Origin: Lingula anatina
Lineage: Eukaryota > Animalia > Brachiopoda
Direction of reading: 5' to 3'
DNA length: 64,000 bases
Assembly: GCA_051362555.1 (NCBI GenBank)
Contig: CM120647.1
Coordinates: 3,224,001 to 3,288,000, forward strand
Of the stretch, positions 1 to 13,300 are shown one piece after another. The translations under genes were made by a program, and so were the position numbers. The notes beneath the pieces were generated by a model. It did no database searches. It saw nothing but the letters and a program-made list of their open reading frames with translations, and was not told where the DNA came from. How positions within the stretch are numbered: the first letter of the stretch is position 1; each line of letters starts with the position of its first letter.

Positions 1-136
1 TACAAAATGTCAAACAACTACAATTCTATCACGCACTGTCAACTGTTAAGCTTATCACAGATTTTTGTTATTGTTAAGCATCATCTCTCCAAATTTCACA
101 AATGTTGAACAACTTTTGTGAAAATTATTAACGTTT

Positions 137-716
137 AACTATTTTAAGGCACCGCATTTTGCAGTCTTCTCAGTGTCATTTTCAATTTTCTCAAATTTAT
201 TGTCCAAAAAAATCTTTTTAATGAGCCACAGTCAACTGATGAGCTTATCACAGATTTTTATTATTGTTATGCATCATCTATCCAAATTTCACAATTATTA
301 GGCAAGATTTGTGAAAATTATTAACGTTTAACTATTTTAAGCCATGGAATTTTGCAGTCTTTTCAATGTCATTTTCAGTTTTCTCACATTTATATGCTCT
401 CAAAAATGTTTTTCATGAGACACAGTAAACTGATGAGCTTATCACAGATTTTTATTATTGTTATGCATCATCTGTCCAAATTTCACAAATCTTGAACAAG
501 ATTTGTGAAAATTATTAACGTTTAACTATTTTAAGGCACCGCATTTTGCAGTCTTTTCAATGTCATTTTCAGTTTTCTCAATTTTATTGTCCAAAAAAAT
601 CTTTTTTATGAGACACAGTCAACTGATGAGCTTATCACAGATTTTTATTGTTGTTATGCATCATCTATCCAAATTTCACAAATATTAGACAAGATTTGTG
701 AAAATTATTAACGTTT
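137..716. repeat. ~194-bp AT-rich satellite monomer (three representative copies; recurs throughout 1-49,700)
   Basis: The anchor AACTATTTTAAG occurs at 137, 330, 524 and 717 (period 193-194). Shared motifs are CAGTCAACTGATGAGCTTATCACAG and CAAGATTTGTGAAAATTATTAACGTTT. Two subfamilies are distinguished by ...AAGCCATGGAA... versus ...AAGGCACCGCA... Confidence 0.98.
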
Positions 717-918
717 AACTATTTTAAGCCATGGAATTCGGCAGTCTTTTCAATGTCATTTTCAGTATTTCTCAAATTTATATGTTCTGAAAATGTCCTT
801 TTTATTAGACATAGTCAACTGTTTAGGTTAAATTTATCAAAATTATTGTTCAACTATTTTAGTGTGGGAAATTTGTCAATTTTTAGAATTTAATTTTCAC
901 TTTTATCAAACATATTGT

Positions 919-1300
919 TCTTTTTCCAGGTGACCTTTTCCATACAGTGTGATGGCTTTTTTGGTGAACTGATTCCTCCTGTCTGGTCAGGGCTAATTCC
1001 TATAGAAAAAACAGACAGCAAAAGACAACAGCAAGAGCAATGCTATGTCTCATCCATGTGTACAATAGATGGTATATGGCAAGCTTTAGGACATTGTCAA
1101 ATGGTGTGCTAAACCCTATTCCAGAAACCGATTGTAAGGAGGAATCTGCATCTGGTATTGGTAGTAAGGAGATGTCTTAAATGGGTATATATTCTTTTCC
1201 AGAGGACAATTATGGGTAATTTGTCACCTCTTACACAAACAAACTCAAATCATAATATTTGATGTTTAATGTGAGTCTAATTAGATGTGAAATTGAAAAA
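919..1300. repeat. Non-satellite cassette of the macrosatellite (representative copy 1 of 30); non-coding or decayed coding fragment
   Basis: More GC-balanced and unrelated to the monomer. It is flanked on both sides by degenerate monomer sequence (about 820-918 and 1300-1375). Copies differ by only a few substitutions or indels. Confidence 0.95.
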
Positions 1301-4300
1301 AAAATATTGTAGATAATTCTCACTCTTCGCATACAAAATGTCAAACAACTACAATTCTATCACGCACTGTCAACTGTTAAGCTTATCACAGATTTTTGTT
1401 ATTGTTAAGCATCATCTCTCCAAATTTCACAAATGTTGAACAACTTTTGTGAAAATTATTAACGTTTAACTATTTTAAGGCACCGCATTTTGCAGTCTTC
1501 TCAGTGTCATTTTCAATTTTCTCAAATTTATTGTCCAAAAAAATCTTTTTAATGAGCCACAGTCAACTGATGAGCTTATCACAGATTTTTATTATTGTTA
1601 TGCATCATCTATCCAAATTTCACAATTATTAGGCAAGATTTGTGAAAATTATTAACGTTTAACTATTTTAAGCCATGGAATTTTGCAGTCTTTTCAATGT
1701 CATTTTCAGTTTTCTCACATTTATATGCTCTCAAAAATGTTTTTCATGAGACACAGTAAACTGATGAGCTTATCACAGATTTTTATTATTGTTATGCATC
1801 ATCTGTCCAAATTTCACAAATCTTGAACAAGATTTGTGAAAATTATTAACGTTTAACTATTTTAAGGCACCGCATTTTGCAGTCTTTTCAATGTCATTTT
1901 CAGTTTTCTCAATTTTATTGTCCAAAAAAATCTTTTTTTATGAGACATAGTCAACTGATGAGCTTATCACAGATTTTTATTGTTGTTATGCATCATCTAT
2001 CCAAATTTCACAAATATTAGACAAGATTTGTTAAAATTATTAACGTTTAACTATTTTAAGCCATGGAATTTGGCAGTCTTTTCAATGTCATTTCCAGTTT
2101 TCTCACATTTATATGCTCTGAAAATTCTTTTTCATGACACACAGTCAACTGATGAGCTTATCACAGATTTTTATTATTGTTATGCATCATCTGTCCAAAT
2201 TTCACAAATCTTGAACAAGATTTGTGAAAATTATTAACGTTTAACTATTTTAAGACACCGCATTTTGCAGTCTTTTCAATGTCATTTTCAGTTTTCTCAA
2301 TTTTATTGTCCAAAAAAATCTTTTTTATGGTCACAGTCAACTGATGAGCTTATCACAGATTTTTATTGTTGTTAAGCATCATCTATCCAAATTTCACAAA
2401 TATTAGACAAGATTTGTGAAAATTATTAACGTTTAACTATTTTAAGCCATGGAATTTGGCAGTCGTTTCAGTGTTATCTTCAGTTTTCTCAAATTTATTG
2501 TCCAAAAAAAATCTTTTTCATGAGACACAGTCAACTGATCAGCTTATCACAGATTTTTATTGTTGTTATGCATCATCTATCCAAATTTCATAAATATTAG
2601 ACAAGATTTGTGAAAATTATTAACGTTTAACTATTTTAAGCCATGGAATTTTGCAGTCTTAGCAATGTCATTTTCAGTTTTTTCACATTTATATGCTCTG
2701 AAAATTCTTTTTCATGAGACACAGTCAACTGATGAGCTTATCACAGATTTTTATTGTTGTTATGCGTCATCTCTCCAAATTCCACAAACATTAGACAAGA
2801 TTTGTGAAAATTATTAACGTTTAACTATTTTAAGCCATGGAATTTGGCAGTCTTTTCAATGTCATTTTCAGTATTTCTCAAATTTATATGTTCTGAAAAT
2901 GTCCTTTTTATTAGACATAGTCAACTGTTTAGGTTAAGTTTATCAAAATTATTGTTCAACTATTTTAGTGTGGGAAATTTGTCAATTTTTAGAATTTTAT
3001 TTTCACTTTTATCAAACATATTGTTCTTTTTCCAGGTGACCTTTTCCATACAGCGTGATGGCTTTTTTGGTGAACTGATTCTTCCTGTCTGGTCAGGGCT
3101 AATTCCTATAGAAAAAACAGACAGCAAAAGACAACAGCAAGAGCAATGCTATGTCTCATCCATGTGTACAATAGATGTTATATGGCAAGCTTTAGGACAT
3201 TGTCAAATGGTGTGCTAAACCCTATTCCAGAAACCGATTGTAAGGAGGAATCTGCATCTGGTATTGGTAGTAAGGAGATGTCTTAAATGGGTATATATTC
3301 TTTTCCAGAGGACAATTATGGGTAATTTGTCACCTCTTACACAAACAAACTCAAATCATAATATTTGATGTTTAACGTGAGTCTAATTAGATGTTGTGAA
3401 ATTGAAAAAAAAATATTGTAGATAATTCTCACTCTTCGCATACAAAATTTCAAACAACTACAATTCTATCACACACTGTCAATTGTTAAGCTTATCACAG
3501 ATTTGTGTTATTGTTAAGCATCATCTTACCAAATTTCACAAATCTTGAACAAGATTTGTGAAAATTATTAACGTTTAACTATTTTAAGCCATGGAATTTT
3601 GCAGTCATAGCAATGTCATTTTCAGTTTTTTCACATTTATATGCTCTGAAAATTCTTTTTCATGACACACAGTCAACTGATGAGCTTATCACAGATTTTT
3701 ATTGTTGTTATGCATCATCTATCTAAATTTCACAAATATTAGACAAGATTTGTGAAAATTATTAACGTTTAACTATTTTAAGCCATGGAATTTGGCAGTC
3801 TTTTCAATGTCATTTTCAGTTTTCTCACATTTATATGCTCTCAAAAATGTTTTTCATGACACACAGTAAACTGATGAGCTTATCACAGATTTTTATTATT
3901 GTTATGCATTATCTGTCCAAATTTCACAAATCTTGAACAAGATTTGTGAAAATTATTAACGTTTAACTATTTTAAGGCACCGCATTTTGCAGTCTTTTCA
4001 ATGTCATTTTCAGTTTTCTCAATTTTATTGTCCAAAAAAATCTTTTTTTATGGGACATAGTCAACTGATGAGCTTATCACAGATTTTTATTGTTGTTATG
4101 CATCATCTATCCAAATTTCACAAATATTAGACAAGATTTGTGAAAATTATTAACGTTTAACTATTTTAAGCCATGGAATTTGGCAGTCTTTTCAATGTCA
4201 TTTCCAGTTTTCTCACATTTATATGCTCTGAAAATTCTTTTTCATGACACACAGTCAACTGATGAGCTTATCACAGATTTTTATTATTGTTATGCATCAT

Positions 4301-7300
4301 CTGTCCAAATTTCACAAATCTTGAACAAGATTTGTGAAAATTATTAACGTTTAACTATTTTAAGGCACTGCATTTTGCAGTCTTTTCAATGTCATTTTCA
4401 GTTTTCTCAATTTTATTGTCCAAAAAAATCTTTTTTATGAGACACAGTCAACTGATGAGCTTATCACAGATTTTTATTGTTGTTATGCATCATCTATCCA
4501 GATTTCACAAATATTAGACAAGATTTGTGAAAATTATTAACGTTTAACTATTTTAAGCCATGGAATTTGGCAGTCGTTTCAGTGTTATCTTCAGTTTTCT
4601 CAAATTTATTGTCCAAAAAAAATCTTTTTCATGAGACACAGTCAACTGATCAGCTTATCACAGATTTTTATTGTTGTTATGCATCATCTATCCAAATTTC
4701 ATAAATATTAGACAAGATTTGTGAAAATTATTAACGTTTAACTATTTTAAGCCATGGAATTTTGCAGTCTAAGCAATGTCATTTTCAGTTTTTTCACATT
4801 TATATGCTCTGAAAATTCTTTTTCATGAGACACAGTCAACTGATGAGCTTATCACAGATTTTTATTGTTGTTATGCGTCATCTCTCCAAATTCCACAAAC
4901 ATTAGACAAGATTTGTGAAAATTATTAACGTTTAACTATTTTAAGCCATGGAATTTGGCAGTCTTTTCAATGTCATTTTCAGTATTTCTCAAATTTATAT
5001 GTACTGAAAATGTCCTTTTTATTAGACATAGTCAACTGTTTAGGTTAAGTTTATCAAAATTATTGTTCAACTATTTTAGTGTGGGAAATTTGTCAATTTT
5101 TAGAATTTTATTTTCACTTTTATCAAACATATTGTTCTTTTTCCAGGTGACCTTTTCCATACAGCGTGATGGCTTTTTTGGTGAACTGATTCTTCCTGTC
5201 TGGTCAGGGCTAATTCCTATAGAAAAAACAGACAGCAAAAGACAACAGCAAGAGCAATGCTATGTCTCATCCATGTGTACAATAGATGTTATATGGCAAG
5301 CTTTAGGACATTGTCAAATGGTGTGCTAAACCCTATTCCAGAAACCGATTGTAAGGAGGAATCTGCATCTGGTATTGGTAGTAAGGAGATGTCTTAAATG
5401 GGTATATATTCTTTTCCAGAGGACAATTATGGGTAATTTGTCACCTCTTACACAAACAAACTCAAATCATAATATTTGATGTTTAATGTGAGTCTAATTA
5501 GATGTTGTGAAATTGAAAAAAAAATATTGTAGATAATTCTCACTCTTCGCATACAAAATTTCAAACAACTACAATTCTATCACACACTGTCAATTGTTAA
5601 GCTTATCACAGATTTGTGTTATTGTTAAGCATCATCTTTCCAAATTTCACAAATCTTGAACAAGATTTGTGAAAATTATTAACGTTTAACTATTTTAAGC
5701 CATGGAATTTTGCAGTCTTAGCAATGTCATTTTCAGTTTTTTCACATTTATATGCTCTGAAAATTCTTTTTCATGACACAAAGTCAACTGATGAGCTTAT
5801 CACAGATTTTTATTGTTGTTATGCATCATCTATCCAAATTTCACAAATATTAGACAAGATTTGTGAAAATTATTAACGTTTAACTATTTTAAGGCACTGC
5901 ATTTTGCAGTCTTTTCAATGTCATTTTCAGTTTTCTCAATTTTATTGTCCAAAAAAATCTTTTTTATGAGACACAGTCAACTGATGAGCTTATCACAGAT
6001 TTTTATTGTTGTTATGCATCATCTATCCAAATTTCACAAATATTAGACAAGATTTGTGAAAATTATTAACGTTTAACTATTTTAAGCCATGGAATTTTGC
6101 AGTCTTTGTAATGTCATTTTCAGTTTTTTCACATTTATATGCTCTGAAAATTCTTTTTCATGACACACAGGCAACTGATGAGCTTATCACAGATTTTTAT
6201 TATTGTTATGCATCATCTGTCCAAATTTCACAAATCTTGAACAAGATTTGTGAAAATTATTAACGTTTAACTATTTTAAGGCACCGCATTTTGCAGTCTT
6301 TTCAATGTCATTTTCAGTTTTCTCAATTTTATTGTCCAAAAAAATCTTTTTTATGAGACACAGTCAACTGATGAGCTTATCACAGATTTTTATTGTTGTT
6401 ATGCATCATCTATCCAAATTTCACAAATATTAGACAAGATTTGTGAAAATTAATAACGTTTAACTATTTTAAGGCACCGCATTTTGCAGTCTTTTCAATG
6501 TCATTTTCAGTATTTCTCAAATTTATATGTTCTGAAAATGTCCTTTTTATTAGACATAATCATCTGTTTAGGTCAAGTTTATCAAAATTATTGTTCAACT
6601 ATTTTAGTGTGGGAAATTTGTCAATTTTTAGAATTTAATTTTCACTTTTATCAAACATATTGTTCTTTTTCCAGGTGACCTTTTCCATACAGCGTGATGG
6701 CTTTTTTGGTGAACTGATTCTTCCTGTCTGGTCAGGGCTAATTCCTATAGAAAAAACAGACAGCAAAAGACAACAGCAAGAGCAATGCTATGTCTCATCC
6801 ATGTGTACAATAGATGGTATATGGCAAGCTTTAGGACATTGTCAAATGGTGTGCTAAACCCTATTCCAAAAAACCGATTGTAAGGAGGAATCTGCATCTG
6901 GTATTGGTAGTAAGGAGATGTCTTAAATGGGTATATATTCTTTTCCAGAGGACAATTATGGGTAATTTGTCACCTCTTACACAAACAAACTCAAATCATA
7001 ATATTTGATGTTTAATGTGAGTCTAATTAGATGTGAAATTGAAAAAAAAATATTGTAGATAATTCTCACTCTTCGCATACAAAATGTCAAACAACTACAA
7101 TTCTATCATGCACTGTCAACTGTTAAGCTTATCACAGATTTTTGTTATTGTTAAGCATCATCTCTCCAAATTTCACAAATGTTGAACAAGTTTTGTGAAA
7201 ATTATTAACGTTTAACTATTTTAAGGCACCGCATTTTGCAGTCTTCTCAGTGTCATTTTCAATTTCTCAAATTTATTGTCCAAAAAAATCTTTTTAATGA

Positions 7301-10300
7301 GCCACAGTCAACTGATGAGCTTATCACAGATTTTTATTGTTGTTATGCATCATCTATCCAAATTTCACAAATATTAGACAAGATTTGTGAAAATTATTAA
7401 CGTTTAACTATTTTAAGCCATGGAATTTGGCAGTCTTTTCAATGTCATTTTCAGTTTTCTCACATTTATATGCTCTCAAAAATGTTTTTCATGACACACA
7501 GTAAACTGATGAGCTTATCACAGATTTTTATTATTGTTATGCATCATCTGTCCAAATTTCACAAATCTTGAACAAGATTTGTGAAAATTATTAACGTTTA
7601 ACTATTTTAAGGCACCGCATTTTGCAGTCTTTTCAATGTCATTTTCAGTTTTCTCAATTTTATTGTCAAAAAAAATCTTTTTTTATGGGACATAGTCAAT
7701 TGATGAGCTTATCACAGATTTTTATTGTTGTTATGCATCATCTATCCAAATTTCACAAATATTAGACAAGATTTGTGAAAATTATTAACGTTTAACTATT
7801 TTAAGCCATGGAATTTGGTAGTCGTTTCAGTGTTATCTTCAGTTTTCTCAAATTTATTGTCCAAAAAAAATCTTTTTCATGAGACACAGTCAACTGATCA
7901 GCTTATCACAGATTTTTATTGTTGTTATGCATCATCTATCCAAATTTCATAAATATTAGACAAGATTTGTGAAAATTATTAACGTTTAACTATTTTAAGC
8001 CATGGAATTTTGCAGTCTTAGCAATGTCATTTTCAGTTTTTTCACATTTATATGCTCTGAAAATTCTTTTTCATGAGACACAGTCAACTGATGAGCTTAT
8101 CACAGATTTGTATTGTTGTTATGCATTATCTCTCCAAATTCCTCAAACATTAGACAAGATTTGTGAAAATTATTAACGTTTAACTATTTTAAGCCATGGA
8201 ATTTGGCAGTCTTTTCAATGTCATTTTCAGTATTTCTCAAATTTATATGTTCTGAAAATGTCCTTTTTATTAGACATAGTCAACTGTTTAGGTTAAGTTT
8301 ATCAAAATTATTGTTCAACTATTTTAGTGTGGGAAATTTGTTAATTTTTAGAATTTAATTTTCACTTTTATCAAACATATTGTTCTTTTTCCAGGTGACC
8401 TTTTCCATACAGCGTGATGGCTTTTTTGGTGAACTGATTCTTCCTGTCTGGTCAGGGCTAATTCCTATAGAAAAAACAGACAGCAAAAGACAACAGCAAG
8501 AGCAATGCTATGTCTCATCCATGTGTACAATAGATGGTATATGGCAAGCTTTAGGACATTGTCAAATGGTGTGCTAAACCCTATTCCAGAAACCGATTGT
8601 AAGGAGGAATCTGCATCTGGTATTGGTAGTAAGGAGATGTCTTAAATGGGTATATATTCTTTTCCAGAGGACAATTATGGGTAATTTGTCACCTCTTACA
8701 CAAACAAACTCAAATCATAATATTTGATGTTTAATGTGAGTCTAATTAGATGTTGTGAAATTGAAAAAAAAAATATTGTAGATAATTCTCACTCTTCGCA
8801 TACAAAATTTCAAACAACTACAATTCTATCACACACTGTCAATTGTTAAGCTTATCACAGATTTGTGTTATTGTTAAGCATCATCTTTCCAAATTTCACA
8901 AATCTTGAACAAGATTCGTGAAAATTATTGACGTTTAACTATTTTAAGCCATGGAATTTTGCAGTCTTAGCAATGTCATTTTCAGTTTTTTCACATTTAT
9001 ATGCTCTGAAAATTCTTTTTCATGACACACAGTCAACTGATGAGCTTATCACAGATTTTTATTGTTGTTATGCATCATCTATCCAAATTTCACAAATATT
9101 AGACAAGATTTGTGAAAATTATTAACGTTTAACTATTTTAAGGCATGGAATTTTGCAGTCTTTGTAATGTCATTTTCAGTTTTTTCACATTTATATGCTC
9201 TGAAAATTCTTTTTCATGACACACAGTCAACTGATGAGCTTATCACAGATTTTTATTATTGTTATGCATCATCTGTCCAAATTTCACAAATCTTGAACAA
9301 GATTTGTGAAAATTATTAACGTTTAACTATTTTAAGGCACCGCATTTTGCAGTCTTTTCAATGTCATTTTCAGTTTTCTCAATTTTATTGTCCAAAAAAA
9401 TCTTTTTTATGAGACACAGTCAACTGATGAGCTTATCACAGATTTTTATTGTTGTTATGCATCATCTATCCAAATTTCACAAATATTAGACAAGATTTGT
9501 GAAAATTAATAACGTTTAACTATTTTAAGGCACCGCATTTTGCAGTCTTTTCAATGTCATTTTCAGTATTTCTCAAATTTATATGTTCTGAAAATGTCCT
9601 TTTTATTAGACATAATCATCTGTTTAGGTCAAGTTTATCAAAATTATTGTTCAACTATTTTAGTGTGGGAAATTTGTCAATTTTTAGAATTTAATTTTCA
9701 CTTTTATCAAACATATTGTTCTTTTTCCAGGTGACCTTTTCCATACAGCGTGATGGCTTTTTTGGTGAACTGATTCTTCCTGTCTGGTCAGGGCTAATTC
9801 CTATAGAAAAAACAGACAGCAAAAGACAACAGCAAGAGCAATGCTATGTCTCATCCATGTGTACAATAGATGGTATATGGCAAGCTTTAGGACATTGTCA
9901 AATGGTGTGCTAAACCCTATTCCAAAAAACCGATTGTAAGGAGGAATCTGCATCTGGTATTGGTAGTAAGGAGATGTCTTAAATGGGTATATATTCTTTT
10001 CCAGAGGACAATTATGGGTAATTTGTCACCTCTTACACAAACAAACTCAAATCATAATATTTGATGTTTAATGTGAGTCTAATTAGATGTGAAATTGAAA
10101 AAGAAATATTGTAGATAATTCTCACTCTTCGCATACAAAATGTCAAACAACTACAATTCTATCATGCACTGTCAACTGTTAAGCTTATCACAGATTTTTG
10201 TTATTGTTATGCATCATCTGTCCAAATTTCACAAATCTTGAACAAGATTTGTGAAAATTATTAACGTTTAACTATTTTAAGGCACCGCATTTTGCAGTCT

Positions 10301-13300
10301 TCTCAGTGTCATTTTCAATTTTCTCAAATTTATTGTCCAAAAAAATCTTTTAAATGAGCCACAGTCAACTGATGAGCTTATCACAGATTTTTATTGTTGT
10401 TATGCATCATCTATCCAAATTTCACAAATATTAGACAAGATTTGTGAAAATTATTAACGTTTAACTATTTTAAGCCATGGAATTTGGCAGTCTTTTCAAT
10501 GTCATTTTCAGTTTTCTCACATTTATATGCTCTCAAAAATGTTTTTCATGACACACAGTAAACTGATGAGCTTATCACAGATTTTTATTATTGTTATGCA
10601 TCATCTGTCCAAATTTCACAAATCTTGAACAAGATTTGTGAAAATTATTAACGTTTAACTATTTTAAGGCACCGCATTTTGCAGTCTTTTCAATGTCATT
10701 TTCAGTTTTCTCAATTTTATTGTCCAAAAAAATTCTTTTTTTATGGGACATAGTCAACTGATGAGCTTATCACAGATTTTTATTGTTGTTATGCATCATC
10801 TATCCAAATTTCACAAATATTAGACAAGATTTGTGAAAATTATTAACGTTTAACTATTTTAAGCCATGGAATTTGGCAGTCGTTTCAGTGTTATCTTCAG
10901 TTTTCTCAAATTTATTGTCCAAAAAAAATCTTTTTCATGAGACACAGTCAACTGATCAGCTTATCACAGATTTTTATTGTTGTTATGCATCATCTATCCA
11001 AATTTCATAAATATTAGACAAGATTTGTGAAAATTATTAACGTTTAACTATTTTAAGCCATGGAATTTTGCAGTCTTAGCAATGTCATTTTCAGTTTTTT
11101 CACATTTATATGCTCTGAAAATTCTTTTTCATGAGACACAGTCAACTGATGAGCTTATCACAGATTTTTATTGTTGTTATGCGTCATCTCTCCAAATTCC
11201 ACAAACATTAGACAAGATTTGTGAAAATTATTAACGTTTAACTATTTTAAGCCATGGAATTTGGCAGTCTTTTCAATGTCATTTTCAGTATTTCTCAAAT
11301 TTATATGTTCTGAAAATGTCCTTTTTATTAGACATAGTCAACTGTTTAGGTTAAGTTTATCAAAATTATTGTTCAACTATTTTAGTGTGGGAAATTTGTC
11401 AATTTTTAGAATTTTATTTTCACTTTTATCAAACATATTGTTCTTTTTCCAGGTGACCTTTTCCATACAGCGTGATGGCTTTTTTGGTGAACTGATTCTT
11501 CCTGTCTGGTCAGGGCTAATTCCTATAGAAAAAACAGACAGCAAAAGACAACAGCAAGAGCAATGCTATGTCTCATCCATGTGTACAATAGATGGTATAT
11601 GGCAAGCTTTAGGACATTGTCAAATGGTGTGCTAAACCCTATTCCAGAAACCGATTGTAAGGAGGAATCTGCATCTGGTATTGGTAGTAAGGAGATGTCT
11701 TAAATGGGTATATATTCTTTTCCAGAGGACAATTATGGGTAATTTGTCACCTCTTACACAAACAAACTCAAATCATAATATTTGATGTTTAATGTGAGTC
11801 TAATTAGATGTGAAATTGAAAAAAAAAATATTGTAGATAATTCTCACTCTTCGCATACAAAATTTCAAACAACTACAATTCTATCACGCACTGTCAATTG
11901 TTAAGCTTATCACAGATTTGTGTTATTGTTAAGCATCATCTTTCCAAATTTCACAAATCTTGAACAAGATTTGTGAAAATTATTAACGTTTAACTATTTT
12001 AAGCCATGGAATTTTGCAGTCTTAGCAATGTCATTTTCAGTTTTTTCACATTTATATGCTCTGAAAATTCTTTTTCATGACACACAGTCAACTGATGAGC
12101 TTATCACAGATTTTTATTGTTGTTATGCATCATCTATCCAAATTTCACAAATATTAGACAAGATTTGTGAAAATTATTAACGTTTAACTATTTTAAGGCA
12201 CCGCATTTTGCAGTCTTTTCAATGTCATTTTCAGTTTTCTCAATTTTATTGTCCAAAAAAATCTTTTTTATGAGACACAGTCAACTGATGAGCTTATCAC
12301 AGATTTTTATTGTTGTTATGCATCATCTATCCAAATTTCACAAATATTAGACAAGATTTGTGAAAATTATTAACGTTTAACTATTTTAAGCCATGGAATT
12401 TGGCAGTCTTTTCAATGTCATTTTCAGTATTTCTCAAATTTATATGTTCTGAAAATGTCCTTTTTATTAGACATAGTCAACTGTTTAGGTTAAGTTTATC
12501 AAAATTATTGTTCAACTATTTTAGTGTGGGAAATTTGCAATTTTTAGAATTTAATTTTCACTTTTATCAAACATATTGTTCTTTTTCCAGGTGACCTTTT
12601 CCATACAGCGTGATGGCTTTTTTGGTGAACTGATTCTTCCTGTCTGGTCAGGGCTAATTCCTATAGAAAAAACAGACAGCAAAAGACAACAGCAAGAGCA
12701 ATGCTATGTCTCATCCATGTATACAATAGATGGTATATGGCAAGCTTTAGGACATTGTCAAATGGTGTGCTAAACCCTATTCCAGAAACCGATTGTAAGG
12801 AGGAATCTGCATCTGGTATTGGTAGTAAGGAGATGTCTTAAATGGGTATATATTCTTTTCCAGAGGACAATTATGGGTAATTTGTCACCTCTTACACAAA
12901 CAAACTCAAATCATAATATTTGATGTTTAATGTGAGTCTAATTAGATGTGAAATTGAAAAAAAAATATTGTAGATAATTCTCAATCTCCGCATACAAAAT
13001 GTCAAACAACTACAATTCTATCACGCACTGTCAACTGTTAAGCTTATCACAGATTTTTGTTATTGTTAAGCATCATCTCTCCAAATTTCACAAATATTGA
13101 ACAAGTTTTGTGAAAATTATTAACGTTTAACTATTTTAAGGCACCGCATTTTGCAGTCTTCTCAGTGTCATTTTCAATTTTCTCAAATTTATTGTCCAAA
13201 AAAATCTTTTTAATGAGCCACAGTCAACTGATGAGCTTATCACAGATTTTTATTGTTGTTATGCATCATCTATCCAAATTTCACAAATATTAGACAAGAT

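Noticed and set aside
230-345. Hammerhead ribozyme in the satellite monomer (CTGATGA ... GAAA)
   Set aside because: The core words are present and satellite hammerheads are known. However, stem II cannot form between the bases after CTGATGA and those before GAAA, the GAAA is sequestered in another hairpin, and no stem I partner follows a UH site. An Infernal/RNAMotif scan would settle it.
985-1060. piggyBac C-terminal Cys-rich domain resemblance (IPIEKTDSKRQQQEQCYVSS)
   Set aside because: There is only a superficial match to the region before the first CxxC. The second Cys and the downstream C/H ligands are not recoverable in any frame.
1114-1161. Imperfect hairpin CCTATTCCAGA...TCTGGTATTGG as a pre-miRNA
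   Set aside because: The stem is too short and interrupted for a Drosha/Dicer substrate.
1960-2125. Box C/D snoRNA array (TGATGA ... CTGA)
   Set aside because: Box C lacks the 5' purine, the CTGA occurs in only some monomers, and I saw no terminal stem or recognisable rRNA-complementary guide.
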